From: Eledone cirrhosa
Taxonomy: Eukaryota
Assembly (NCBI GenBank): GCA_964016885.1
Contig: OZ024745.1
Coordinates: 133,796,001-133,860,000 of the forward strand
Length of the DNA: 64,000 bases
Direction of reading: 5' to 3'
Notes under the pieces: generated by a model
What the model was told of the DNA's origin: nothing
The model's input: the letters and a program-made list of their open reading frames with translations, nothing else
The model's database searches: none
Position numbers and translations under genes: made by a program
Part shown: positions 1-13,530 of the stretch, piece by piece
Numbering within the stretch: the stretch's first letter is position 1
How the letters are laid out: the number at the start of each line of letters is the position of its first letter

Positions 1-1349
1 GTCACAAATGAATGGTCATGAATCAGTAACGTTCAATATGATATATAAAGTTCTTATAATGAACTTCATTAATTCTTTTTCTAAGAAATTTACATAAACA
101 AACATTTGTGAAAGAGAGTAATCAAAGAGCGAAAATTAGAAAGAAGAATGAAAGAAAAGAGAAGAAGAAATTACAAGAAAGTTACTCCAGTGTAAAAGGT
201 TATTCAGAGTTGATGAACTACAGGTACAACCATTGTGAAATTCTGTGGAAATACACAATATTAATTCACATTTATCATTTGATTTGTTGACAGCGGAAAT
301 TCGGAAGAAAAACCGTCCAAATAAAATTATTTTATTGAAGAGAATGACTGCATTGTTTGCTTCTTAAGGCTGACAACAATTCCACTAGATTACTGATTTT
401 TAATTTATATATACAGAGATGTTTTCTTATAAGGTGATGTCACTGTTGGTGCCCACTTTGATTTTGACGCTTATCATGTTCGACAGAATAATTATATGTT
501 GTATAAGGTAATTCATTCTATCGACACAAAATAATCTTGATCTCTTCGAAAGAAAGGTTATCACTATATATAAAGGAGACGTTAGGAATCAATATATATG
601 CAAGACTACATACCTTGTAGATTTTACATTTGTGTTTTAATTTTAAATCACGTCAGAGTTGAATCTATCTTCCATAATTTCTGAGGGGAATAAAATTAGT
701 ACCGATTATGTACGGGGTTTACTGTTATCGAAAATAAACCATTCCCTCGAAATGTTTTGTCCCTTGAATAAAGGTATGAAAATATAGGTAGAGTATTGAG
801 GCGTTCGGCTCTTTACAGGTACACAAACCGATTTAACTCTCATTACGAACTGATATATTTAATCCACATTACTATATTTTGAAATGTTCCAAATAACAAA
901 AACAAAATGTTCTAAAATAACAAAAATATGGGCCATTCATATAGATAGCGTTATGGATACAACATTATTAATTCTTTTCATAAAAGACATATAATCAAGG
1001 AGAACATTAGAATATTACTTACATAACAGATATGTATTTATACCGCCATATTGGAGATGAGTTATATCTTCCTCCATCCCTCTCACCGTTGACATATCTA
1101 ACAGACAGAGCTCAATACTTTTGTATCTTCAAACAATAAAGGCATACATATCACTCGAACGATCTGTTTATCCACTTAACTATCTACCTGTCGTAGAGGC
1201 GCCATCGTGACGTATGGCGTTTCCTCGGCACTTTGTAAACATGGTGGAGCCCATCTGCTATCCAGGTCTGAAAACAGTAGAATCTTTCCAGAGGAGGATA
1301 GAGAGAGTGAGAAAAGGGAAGTGAGAAAGAGATATAGAGGAAGAATCGA

Positions 1350-1496
1350 CGCCAGTACTTGACTGCTACTTTTTTTATTGAACTTAATTGGAAGAAACGG
1401 AAAGTTGACCTCAGCGGGATTCGATCGCAGGGAGTGGGAACGATTACTGCAGAGCATTCTAACCGACGTTCTAACAACTCAGCCAATTCGGCGCCT
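1350..1496 (-). mobile_element. tRNA-derived SINE (family A), degenerate
   Basis: Minus strand begins GGCGCCGAATTGGCTGAGTTGTTAGAACGTCGG (A-box-like). The body resembles the other family A copies in the window. Confidence 0.6.
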
Positions 1497-2141
1497 TTCT
1501 ACCTTTCTACCTACCTGCTTATATTTAAATTTAGCAACCTCTCTCTCTCTCTATCTATCGCTCTATCTATCTGTCTATCGGTCTATCTATCTGTCTATCG
1601 CTCTATCTATCTGTCTATCGGTCTATCTATCTGTCTATCTATATATATATAGTTCTATCTGTCTGTATTGATATCAGGTCTGTCGATTTACCTATCTTTC
1701 CAAATTTCCATCTATCTATTTATTTATCTATATTTCTATATCTCTGCCTATTTACACATCTCTCTATCTAACGTAACGGTCTATCTATATATGTGTCTAT
1801 CTACCTACGAAGATGGGTGTCTACCTACTTGTTTATCTGTCTGTTTGGCCTTCTATTTCTAAATATCTATTGAAAAGCAACAACACACCACGACCACAAT
1901 AGCAGGCCGAATATAGAGAGGTAGACAACTCAACTTAAATTCATGGATATATGTTTGATAACGGTTACAGAAAATAAGTAAGAGAATTATTTTGATTGAT
2001 TTAACTGAATTTTTAATGACGTGGTGATGGATGGAGTTTATTAAGGATTCAAGCATCTTATCATAAAATATTGTAATCAGGGAGGAATTAATCTGAATAA
2101 CTTTACCATAAATACTGTCATGTTTTATGTATACAATGTTA

Positions 2142-2227
<86 letters not shown>

Positions 2228-2235
2228 ACATATAT

Positions 2236-2445
2236 GTCTATCAAGGGCGGGTAAAATTCCCGAGACCAATGGACGAGTTCTCTCCACCGGTCTTTGTCCC
2301 TCATCATCGCTTCCATGTCCTGTGTCTCCAAGAGACCAGTGTCTGTCCTTAGAGCATCAACATATGTCAACCCCGATCTCGCTCTTCTAGCGTGTCCATG
2401 CAGGGGCTCCCACGTGAACAGTGAATGAAGTGTCAAGAGCGACAT
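2236..2445 (-). mobile_element. 3' fragment of an RTE-type LINE
   Basis: Translation LTLHSLFTWEPLHGHARRARSGLTYVDALRTDTGL...RDKDRWRELV is typical of an RTE-group ORF2 C-terminus. Homologous to 22410-22690. Confidence 0.65.
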
Positions 2446-2457
2446 ATATATATATAA

Positions 2458-2506
<49 letters not shown>

Positions 2507-2601
2507 TCAAAATGGATGCAATAATAATCAGTTAGACCATTACATTACTCACCAGAGTACTCGATATTTGGGGTAGTAGAGTGGGTAATATGAAGGAGTC
2601 C

Positions 2602-2647
<46 letters not shown>

Positions 2648-2718
2648 GAGAGAGAGAGAGAGAGAGAGAATGAGAAAATGCGAAGTAGTTTCAGATGTTA
2701 AAGTACTTTATTGGTAAT

Positions 2719-2793
2719 GATGTGATACACATTTCAATGACGACAGTGGCCACACCATTCCGTGTACCCAGTGCCGTGACATCATCACACAGC
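2719..2793 (-). ncRNA. degenerate type I hammerhead ribozyme motif
   Basis: Minus strand: gctgt-GTGATGA-long stem II-GAAA-tgtgta-TC-acatc, then AATAAA. Core C3 is mutated. Confidence 0.4.
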
Positions 2794-2860
2794 TTCTTAT
2801 ATAATAAGTCCTACAGTACATACACACACACATATATATACATTCCCAGACATCCACCCT

Positions 2861-2931
<71 letters not shown>

Positions 2932-4077
2932 ATATATATATATATGTGTGTGCGTGTGTGTGTATGTATGCATTCATGTATGTTTGTAGTATGTATGTGT
3001 GTACGTATGTATGTATGTGTAATAATATATGTATAAAAGCATATATATATATATTCGGTTGATCAACTAGTTGATCAATTAGCTACAATAATCATCGTCG
3101 AAACCGATGGAAGATTACATATGTGTATATACACGTATAGTATGTTTGTATGTATAGTATGTATAGTATGTTTGTATGTATAGTATGTTTGTATGTATTC
3201 AAAGCAACATTGATAGGGATATATTTGAGGTAGCCCTCGTCATTTCACTCTCTTTTCACGGAATATAGGAAATTTATTATCTTTTAACATCAATATAGCT
3301 AATTACAATTCATGAATTATATATAAAATGTTTGATAAAAGCCGGAGGCAAAACGTCACAGAATTATCCAATGTGGGAAATTTACCAATTAAAATTTGTC
3401 TTTTATTCAATTTGTACCCAGCGAATAAGGACACATGATTCTACTTGGAAAGTTTCTTTGTTGTTTTATTTCATGGTTTGTTTAGAATAATTCAAATAAA
3501 TTTTATAGATCGCTATCATTTTGGGTGTAATTAATATTCACTAATTAAGTATTAATTGGTTATTTAAAAGTCATCGTTTGAATTAAAAATAAAAATTAAA
3601 TTAATTTTCTTTGATAAATTTATTGCTTTGTCTCAGTTCTTTCTAATGGCAATATCAAAGCAAACTGTTACGGTTTCACATTGAAAATGATGAGAGGTTG
3701 GTTTTTTTTTTTACTTCCATGATTTTCATTCAAACAATTCCTTTATTGTTTCTGGAAATTTTATGCAAAAGAAATTATATTTTAAATGACCAAATAGTTT
3801 AGACTAACAATTAATTTGCTTAAGGAATCTCAGTCGTTTTCGGTGGTCTCAATTTCTTGGTCTTGGTCTTCTGCTATATTCACATCAAAAGTACTTTATA
3901 GGAAAAGCAAATCAACACGACTACTAGCAAATTTTATGGCAATATCAAATTGACTCGAATACTTGTGTGTGTGGCAGTTCACACCTATGCAGGTTTAGCT
4001 GACCCCCTTCAAGGTATATCTCGTTGGAGGTATCTTGGGTGATTTAATGATAGGGACCCCAGTCCTATCATCTCATT

Positions 4078-4212
4078 TCTACAGCTAAGTAAACTGGAGC
4101 AACGTGAAATAAAGTGTCTTGCTCAAGGAAACAACACATCACCTGGTCCTAGAATTAAACTCACAAGCTTTCGATTGCAAGCCCAATGCTCTAACCACTA
4201 AGTCATGCGCCT
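4078..4212 (-). mobile_element. tRNA-derived SINE (family B)
   Basis: Minus strand has a tRNA-like head followed by CCTTGAGCAAGACACTTTATTTCACG. Homologous to 54806-55014 and 56250-56458. Confidence 0.65.
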
Positions 4213-5562
4213 TCTTGACTGGTATATTATTTATTTTGGGGACTTGCCCCTTCCCCTTCTTTTAGCAAGGGAAATTTTATTGTACATTATATTTGCTACA
4301 ATCATTTTTACTTCAATCCCATTTTCAGCAATACGGAGGAGATGAGTGGATTTTAGTGAATTTGCTGTATAGCCTTACAAGCTAAGGCCTTACAGACACG
4401 AGGAATCCGTCTTTCCACCAGACACTGTACATCTATCACCACAATATCCAACGCATTCTTTTTATATGAGTGATCTGTGAGAGATTTGGCTCCTATTTCT
4501 ATCTGGTCAAACAACTATATAAGCAATTCATCAGTAGTTTGATTTAAATTGAGTGAGTATCCAAAAAAGTGAATTATCTGTTTTTTCCCATAATTTTATT
4601 CCTCCCTTGAAAAAACAGTCACATTTCTCTTAAATCAATCCCTATTGGTTTAAATAAAGACTGATACATTACATAATGTACTCTCACGTGTAAAGAAGTT
4701 GCGATGGTTATGACAGAACCTTCCCTCAGTATATATCTTCCTGATAATGTTTGACCAAGGGCTAAAAAACAATCATATTTAATTCAAACTAACAAGGGAT
4801 TTTTAAACGACCAATCAATCTGCCAAAACAGCAGCCACATTCTTTTCAGATCACACCTTAAAAAGCGGAATAAATATACGGGATAATGTAATCCTCATTA
4901 TACAAACAGATGGCCAGGTCTGAATTATCATTCCACATGGGTTTATTAAATCATAACTGTAACAACTCAACAGCTGTAACAACACAACAACAAAAACAAT
5001 ATAAGATTGCCAATATGAAATGGATGTCATCGAGCATGTAGCCAAAATATAACAAATTTTATTATCATTAATTTATCAAATTATCAGAGTCATTTTCCAC
5101 AGATAAACCTCAACAGTTTTCCAGAGTTTTAACGTTCTTTCTTACACTTTTTAGCTTGGGGGGATGGGGAGCCTGTACAATTTTGCTCGACCTACTAGAA
5201 ATATCAGACAAATACCACTTGAAATACATTATCATCATAGATCTATTTAAATAGTCATTAGTTAATGTATAGCCACATCCCATAAAACAAGGTTAGAGCT
5301 AGAATACTTTTGAAACTATGTCTGCCCTATCAGGGTTCACATTGAGCTAAACAAAATAACAATACGTGTTATACCTTCTTTCTATAACAGGAATGGTATA
5401 GGTTTTTTAGACCTACACTATGAGACTCAGAAACATGCGAATACAGTTCTATACTATGAACATATGTATGTAATGTGACGGTTCTATATTTTAAAGTTGG
5501 CGCAAAATAGGATATTGTGATGCTGGTGGGAAGTCAACCGACATTTGAAATGACTTACCATT

Positions 5563-5736
5563 ATCGTGGATTGGCAGTATCGGTTGAGGGTCGGACGCCA
5601 TGTTTTGCAGCAAAGAGTTACGGCCCGTTATCATCTGAGTTAACTTTGCTTTTCATCCTTACGTAGTCTATAAAATAAAGTACCAGTAATACACTAGGAT
5701 AATTGTTGGTCTTGTGCCAAAAGTAGAAACAATTAT
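5563..5736 (+). mobile_element. tRNA-derived SINE (family A)
   Basis: TGGCAGTATCGG...GCAAAGAGTTACGGCC...TTTCATCCTTACG...ATAAAATAAAGTACCAG, repeated about 10 times in the window. Confidence 0.7.
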
Positions 5737-6158
5737 CTGATCTTTTGTTCTATTGTGCTAAACAACATTGTTTGATATATTTGGAACGCTCTTTGATGGT
5801 AAAAACTAGTAAATAATTAACTGCTTAAAGCCAAATACTTAAATTTTCGTTATATTAGACTTAAAATAATTTCTGATATGCAATATGTCCTTAAAGAGTG
5901 TTATATTAAACTAATCGAAATAGTTATTTGAAACTCTATGTCAAGCAAAATAGAATTTCTCTTTCTTTAAGTAAGAAATACAATATGTTGACAAATTTTC
6001 AATTCATAAATAAACAGTTATTTGATTACTTGGAAAATAATTCTCGATACATATTAGTATATGCACACTTTATAAAATATGAAATATTTGGAAGATAAAG
6101 AGTACAGGGTATAGGGGAAATAGCATTTCTTCTTCTCTTCTACTTCGCCCACTTATTC

Positions 6159-6455
6159 CTAGAGGGTCGTGGTGTTAGAGTCCACAAACCTTCCACTAGG
6201 TCCTGTCACAAGCAACCGTCTCCAACTGATCCCGCTGGTTTCCCAATGGAAACCAGACATGCTCATAGATGTTATCCAACCATCTTGCCCGAGGTCTACT
6301 CCGGGTCTCCTTTCAAGGATTATTTCCTGAGGGACTCTATATCGGTCGCTTGTATCCACGATCGTATTATTTCGGTCATTATCCAAGATTCATGACCATA
6401 GGTAAGGGTTGGCACGAATACCATATTAAAGATAGCGAGTTTGGCTCTTACGCCT
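6159..6455 (-). mobile_element. RTE-like LINE 3' fragment
   Basis: Translations KLAIFNMVFVPTLTYGHESWIMT and RRPGVDLGQDGWITS. Homologous to 46205-46470 and 48420-48650. Confidence 0.65.
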
Positions 6456-7794
6456 ACTAAAATTGCATTTTTAACTCTCAATACCCCAGGATAACAATAC
6501 AAGAAATGTAGTTAACTTTGCTTTTATTAGATTCAATAAAACGTCTTTCGAGTAAATTTAAATGTTTCTAGGTTTTCTAGTCGGATCCTTGAGTAGTGTT
6601 GTTTAGTGGATGTGGAAAGGATTTTGATGGATAAGTGACTATGAAAAATATGGAAATTTAACTAGGTTTGGTAAAAAAATCACTTTGCAGCTCTTCGCCC
6701 AAGTTCGAGTTCTGTCTACACATTTGTATATTAAATCCTCTAGAATAACCTGCCCAGAATTAGTAAAGAATTATATGAATAAGTTGTGATAGCATTTCCA
6801 CAACTTAATGCTGTTAAAGAGAAAGAAAGGATTGAAAATATTTATTTTACAATAAAATTGATCGTGTCTAAGTTGGTGGTAATAGTGAAAAAACAAACAA
6901 TATAAAGAATCTCATTAATAGCAAAAGATAAGATTTACACATGTTTAAAATTTACAAAGAACGGAATATACTATAATGAGTAAATGGAATTTTAAAAAAA
7001 TTAAAAAGTTATAAATATAGTTAAAATAGACAAAACAGATAAAAACATGAACTGAATAAATATACAATTCAAATATCAATAAACTTTCAACGCGATTTCA
7101 TTTGAAGAATAACATTTAAAAAGGAAAGGAAATAAGTAGATAATAGTGGAAAAATATTAAATAGATGACACGTGAAAAAAAGGAGAAGGATTGTTTTAAG
7201 CAATAACTTAAATTATAACTCATGTTTCGCTCCGTTACTCAATTAGTGCTTAGATTCACCTAGACACTATACGACTATATAGATATGCCCGTATGTATGC
7301 TTGTGCATGTATATGTGCGTGTGTGTGTGAAGTGGAACTGTGCTAATAGTCTACATATGGAATTGATGTCTATATATGTAAATATATATGATGGCTGCAA
7401 CTCCATTTCGAGTAAAGACATCGCTTGATACTTAAGCATTAGCATCACGGATGTGGCTTTTTTATAGCAATTCTTATATGTATTGGAGATAGTTATTCCA
7501 ATTGGTGTTGCTGATTGTGAACTGGCTAGGGTATCATGTTACCAGATTGGTCTCTTATTTCCTAGGAATATCTATCTCCCACACAAGTACTGCTACCTGA
7601 GAATTTCGGACATATGCTTACTGGTCGGAGAAGAGAACAACACCTTTGACCGGTAACATATCAATGGATCATTAATATCTCGTTTGAATCTGAAGAGAAC
7701 ACATAGGGAAGCTGTTATACAACTGCCTTACGTCTTTGAAATACGTATAACAAAATAAATAGGGATGTACAAATGAAACCGTTTTTCTTGTATG

Positions 7795-7972
7795 GTGCAT
7801 TGGCAGTATCGGTTGAGGTTCGGACGCCATGCTTTGCAGCAAAGAGTTACGGCCGTTTATGGTCTGAGTTCAAATCCCACCAAGGTTAACTTTTTTCATC
7901 CTTACGGGGTCGATAAAATAAAGTACCAGTAATGCACTGGGATAATTGCTGGCCTTGTGCCAAAAGTAGAAA
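7795..7972 (+). mobile_element. tRNA-derived SINE (family A)
   Basis: B-box GAGTTCAAATCCC plus the family A core. Ends in a (TAA)n tail. Confidence 0.7.
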
Positions 7973-8015
7973 TAATAATAATAATAATAATTATCATTAT
8001 ATTATTATTATTATT

Positions 8016-10244
8016 ACAGTTGCATTTATCTTGCTTTATGTTCATACGAGTTATCACCAAGTCACAACCAGTGACCTCAAGAGACAACAAGGTCCGCCAT
8101 GTTCAAGAAAGAACATACATATTCACACATGCATCTTTAGTGTTTAGACTTGTGATGTACTTATATTGACAGAATCTTCCTTAGTATATGGGCAGTTCCC
8201 ATTAGTACTATCTTTTGTATTTCTCCTATACGCGGGGTTCCTGGGATTTGCGATAAGTAATCATTAGACCCCTTAGGTATCATTCCCAGAGCGCCTACAA
8301 CCACTGGTATTGTTTTAGTTCTCAATTTCCACATTTTTCCAATTTCTATCTTCAGGTCCTTATACTTGCTCAATTTTTCAAATGTTTTTATAGATACATT
8401 CTTGTCTATTGGAACGGACATATCAATTAGCAGGCATACCCTCTTTTTAAAGTCCTTCAATATTATATCAGGTCTATTTGCATCTATTTTTCGGTCTGTT
8501 TGGATGCTAAAGTTCCACAAGATTGAGATGTGATCTTTTTCAAGTATGGGAGGTGGTTGATGCTCCCACCAATTCTTTTGATGAGGCAGGTCAAAATGCT
8601 TACACATTATCCAATGTATGTATTGTGCAGCTCTGTCATGCCTGTTTACGTATTCGGTTGGAGCTATAGGACTGCACATTGAAATTATATGGTCAATGGT
8701 CTCTGGTTGTTTTTTGCATACACGGCATAATGGGCTGCATCCATTTTTTATTATGTTGGCTTGGTAATTTTTTGTTGGCAGACACTGATCTTGTGCTGAT
8801 ATAATCAGTCCTTCAGTCTCCGATTTCAGTCCAGAGGATGCCAACCACTGATGGGTTAAAGTTTTGTCAACATCAGGATCGTTAGCTCGTTCTGGGTATT
8901 TTCCATACAGAGGCTTTTCTTGCCATTTCTTAGCCAGTTTCTGTAGCAGTTCTTTCTTTGCAGTTACTTTTACCTGCTTTGCTTTTTCTGTGTTTTCCAT
9001 TTCAGCAGTAAATAGGACTTCTGAAATTTGTAGTCCATTACTGTATCTTTGTGCATCTTTTGTAATGGAATATGATCTTTTGATGCTTTCGTGTTTCAAA
9101 ACGAGTTTGATTATCCAATCATGTGATTCCCTTAGATATGTAGATAATCCAATTGTTGCAGTTTTCAACGCAATGTCTAACTGGATTAACCCACGTCCTC
9201 CTTCTTTCCTAGGGAGATATATTCTATCTGTATCTGCCTTAGGGTGATGCATTCTGTGCATGGTTAAGAATTTTCGAAATTTTGTATCGAGCCTACGGAT
9301 CTCTGTGCTTGACCAGTTGATGACATTGTAACTGTAGGTTACTACTGGTATGGCAAGCGTGTTTATGACATCGATCCTTCACAAACACCTAGATATTTGT
9401 AAGTTTTTTCTTGATCAAGTTCTCTTATCACGTTCCCCCGATCAAGATTAATGTCTGAACTCTTCAGCAGCTTTCCTCTGGTGAACGTTGCTTTGGCGCA
9501 TTTATCTAGTCCAAACTCCATTTTAATGTCATCACTGAACTGCTCCACAGTGGATAATAACCCTTGCAATTGTTCATCATTTTTTGCAAATAGTTTCAGG
9601 TCATCCATGTAGAACAAGTGATTAATGGTTTTGTCATAGACTTTATATCCATGTTTTGTTTCATTGAGCATTTTACTTAATGGTATAAGTGCGATGCAGA
9701 ATAAAAGCGGTGATAAAGAGTCACCCTGAAAAATTCCACAATTAATATTAACTTCTCCAGCTTCCAGTGATTTTGTTTCACTATTCAAAAGGAGTGTCGT
9801 TTTCCATGTCTTCATACTGAATGACAAAAACCTCCTGACAACGGGGGATATTTTGAAAATCTCTAAACATTTTTCAATCCAACTGTGTGGCAAACTATCG
9901 AATGCTTTTTTATAATCTATCCAAGCAATTGATAGATTTTTGTGTCTATTATGACAATCTTCCAGTATCATTTTGTTAACCAAAAGCTGATCCTTACAGC
10001 CATATGAGCCTCGTTTACACCCTTTCTGCTCAATAGGAAATAGGTCATTTGTTATCAGGTGGTCATATGTGTATTCAGTTAGGACTGATGTTAAAATTTG
10101 ATACATTGTGGTCAAGCAAGTTATCGGTCTGTAATTTTGGGGATTGTTTGTCTCATCATTCTTCGGAAGCAAGAATGTAATGCCGTTAACTAGCCATGAT
10201 GGTATCTTTTCTGGCTCCTTAACTATTTCATTGTAAAGTTGGGC

Positions 10245-10245
<1 letters not shown>
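8016..10245 (-). mobile_element. 5'-truncated R4/Dong-like non-LTR retrotransposon (RT plus restriction-like endonuclease), disrupted
   Basis: ORF 9363-10172 has RT motifs NYRPITCL, IDYKKAFDS, GIFQGDSLSP, YMDD, KYLG. ORF 8161-9261 has a CCHC knuckle (CRVC..ETIDHIISMC) and RHD, RPDI, EKLSKY endonuclease motifs. Internal deletion/frameshift near 9360. Flanked by (TTA)n on both sides. Confidence 0.88.
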
Positions 10246-10283
<38 letters not shown>

Positions 10284-10514
10284 AACTGGGAGAGGGCACT
10301 TGCCTTGGTGGTCAGGGCCACTGTGGTCTTTTAATGGGCTTTCTCCACAAATGTCCCTCGGAAGTCTCCCCCCTATTGGGGAATTTTTCTTTGTTATTTT
10401 ATTTCAACCTCCGTTTTTTTTTACACGCAGAAATGCCCATTTGTACCGTCCTGTATTGTCCTGTACTGTCCTTAATGTCTACTTTATGTAAACCCTTGTG
10501 GTTAATAAAGAAAA

Positions 10515-10568
<54 letters not shown>

Positions 10569-10871
10569 GGATAAGTAATTGAAAATTCAATTGGAGTATT
10601 TTGATTATGTTACCGGTTTCACAGTTCTTATGATTTTGAAAAGTAAAATAAGATGGAGGGTTTGTGTTTCTGTTGTGGTTTGTCTCGCATATATCTGGAG
10701 TTCGAAAATTCTTTTTGTTTTATCCAAAGAAAAGTGGCTCAGATTACTATTTGCCATTTTATTTGTTGGTGATAGTCACGTGATTAGGCGTAGAAATGTT
10801 TGCATCTAGAATGGTTGCGTCGAAGCAAATTCTCTTTCTGAGAGAAAGAGAATGTGCTTCGAAATCACTAG

Positions 10872-10965
10872 ACGTATCTGAGGAACTTGCGAGTCCAGAG
10901 TCAGGTTCGATCCACAAAATAGATCGCACCTCGAGCTGGCCGCCGGAGAAACAATTGTAATACGT
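10872..10965 (+). ncRNA. type I hammerhead ribozyme motif with extended stem II
   Basis: acgtat-CTGAGGA-...-GAAA-caattg-TA-atacgt. Perfect 6-bp stem I, palindromic stem III, AATAAA immediately after. Confidence 0.6.
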
Positions 10966-11008
10966 AATAAATTGTGTTCCGATGCATCACTGATTCTTCG
11001 TTTTCCAC

Positions 11009-11075
<67 letters not shown>

Positions 11076-11200
11076 GTTCTATTTAAATTGTTGGGATACA
11101 ACAAGCAAATATTTTTATAACTGATATAAAACACTCAACAAATATTTGGAGTAAAAATACGATATTAACAAATGGAAACTATATTTATAAAACCATATTT

Positions 11201-11263
11201 ATTTCATTATACATATTTCAAGGACACCAAGTTAAATTATGGTGTGCTTTCATCAGATAAAAT
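11201..11263 (-). ncRNA. minimal type I hammerhead ribozyme motif
   Basis: Minus strand: attttat-CTGATGA-aagcacacca/tggtgtcctt-GAAA-tatgta-TA-atgaaat, running into AATAAA. Confidence 0.7.
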
Positions 11264-11371
11264 ATAATATAGATCAGTTTTATTAATAAATATTGACATA
11301 CCCTTAAATAATGCAACCATTGCTGTTGGAAGCTCCCGGATAGTATATATCTATATATAAATATATATATA

Positions 11372-11434
<63 letters not shown>

Positions 11435-11533
11435 CTGGATTACAGCTCGCACGAAACAGACCTTGTAACAGCATAGCGCGCTTCGAACGGCGCGCCACCT
11501 GTAACTGCATTTGCACATCTAACTAACACACAC

Positions 11534-11566
<33 letters not shown>

Positions 11567-12109
11567 AGTGTCTGTGTGTCGTGAGGTGACCATAGTTGCA
11601 AAAGGTACTCAATACGTTACTCGAGATTTCTGCAGGAATTGTTACAGTTGTAAGAAATCATAAGGAAGTCCATATCTATAATAAAATAATAAAATAATAT
11701 CTATCTATCTAGCTATATATATATATATATATATTATAGTATAGCGCAATATGTTCTATTAGGTGGAATTCATGTGTGACAGAACACTTAGTGATGTGCT
11801 TACATGAAATATAACCCTTGCCGGTTCTATGGTTATATTATGAAGACACACACATACATACAGATATATGTATGTATAAATGATGATGTGTTTATCTATA
11901 CACGCAGATACACACACATACACAGACACACATACACACACACACATATATATATATATTCATATGCATGTATAAGTGTGTCTATTTGAGTGGATTGTTA
12001 TGTATATATGTATATATATATTTGTGTGTTACTTTGGTAAACCAACAGTAAATTGACGTTACGATCCCTAAACTCTATATATGCACATAAATACATATAT
12101 TTATATATA

Positions 12110-12145
<36 letters not shown>

Positions 12146-12197
12146 AATATATTTACACATACCCACACATATACTCACAAGCACACACACACACATA

Positions 12198-12254
<57 letters not shown>

Positions 12255-12798
12255 AAAATATATTTCAATATTTCATTCAAAACGCAGCATCATAAAGAAA
12301 TCTCATATCAGTACGATAACTTATACGAAATGATTATTATACAGACCGAACCTTTTGATGGCAAAGTCTGTAGAATATACATGTAAACATCTTCTAAGAG
12401 AATTGCATTAAACCCAAACTTAGATATAGTATCATTGGAAATAGTGATTTCTCTTATTTCTTCCGACATGCCATCAAATATATCCTATAAATGCAGCCGA
12501 AATCCGAATTAGTTCCGAACTACATAGCAAGGAAATTGAACACCAATAAAAAAAATATTCTTTCATAACTTATCTCTAAATTCTTCAAATATTTGGACTA
12601 TAATATTTTATGTTTTCAGTTCTTCCATAAATACCCCCCCCCCCCCTCCATAAAAAGAGATGGTATAATTTTATACTTCATACACATCCGCTCTGGATTT
12701 ATAATTAGGAATAGAAGTTGCAAAAAACATAGCAAAACAAGGAAAAAACACACTTAATGGAAAATTAAATGTATATATATACATATACACATTTACAC

Positions 12799-12909
<111 letters not shown>

Positions 12910-12976
12910 TATATATGTATGTATTTATATATGTATATATATAGTTATGTAATAAACAACATAAGGCAATTATTTC

Positions 12977-13029
12977 ATTTACCAGTGGTTTCTTGAAAGC
13001 AAACAAATTTTGCTTTCAATCATCAGAAT
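12977..13029 (-). ncRNA. minimal type I hammerhead ribozyme motif
   Basis: Minus strand: att-CTGATGA-ttgaaagcaaa/tttgctttcaa (perfect 11-bp stem II)-GAAA-ccactgg-TA-aat. Stem I is short. Confidence 0.65.
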
Positions 13030-13468
13030 CTAAAAATCCTGGTGTATTTATTGACATTGGATTTTAAAAACAAAAATATAATCTATATGAAAGTGAGGCT
13101 GGAAAAGGAAGAAGGAAAGGAAAAATAAACACACATGCACACACACACAATTACATACACACACATATATACATACACATATTATGATGGCTTCCCCCTC
13201 GTTATCGAGTATGGCCATTGCACGAGGAGAAAAAAAAAATAATAATAATAATAAATAAATAAGAAAGAAAAGAAAATTAAAAAAAGAAATATATATATAT
13301 ATATATACACACACATACATACACACATATATATATACATACACACATATACATTAATAATAATAATAATAATATCGACAATAATAATTACCACAATAAC
13401 AACAATAATAATATACATATACATATATATATACACACACACGCACACACATAAACATATCTCTCTCT

Positions 13469-13524
<56 letters not shown>

Positions 13525-13530
13525 TAGCAA

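Noticed and set aside
3329-3360. Hammerhead-like tgt-TTGATAA-aagcc..ggc-AAAA-cg-TC-aca
   Set aside because: Three core positions deviate, so it is too decayed to call.
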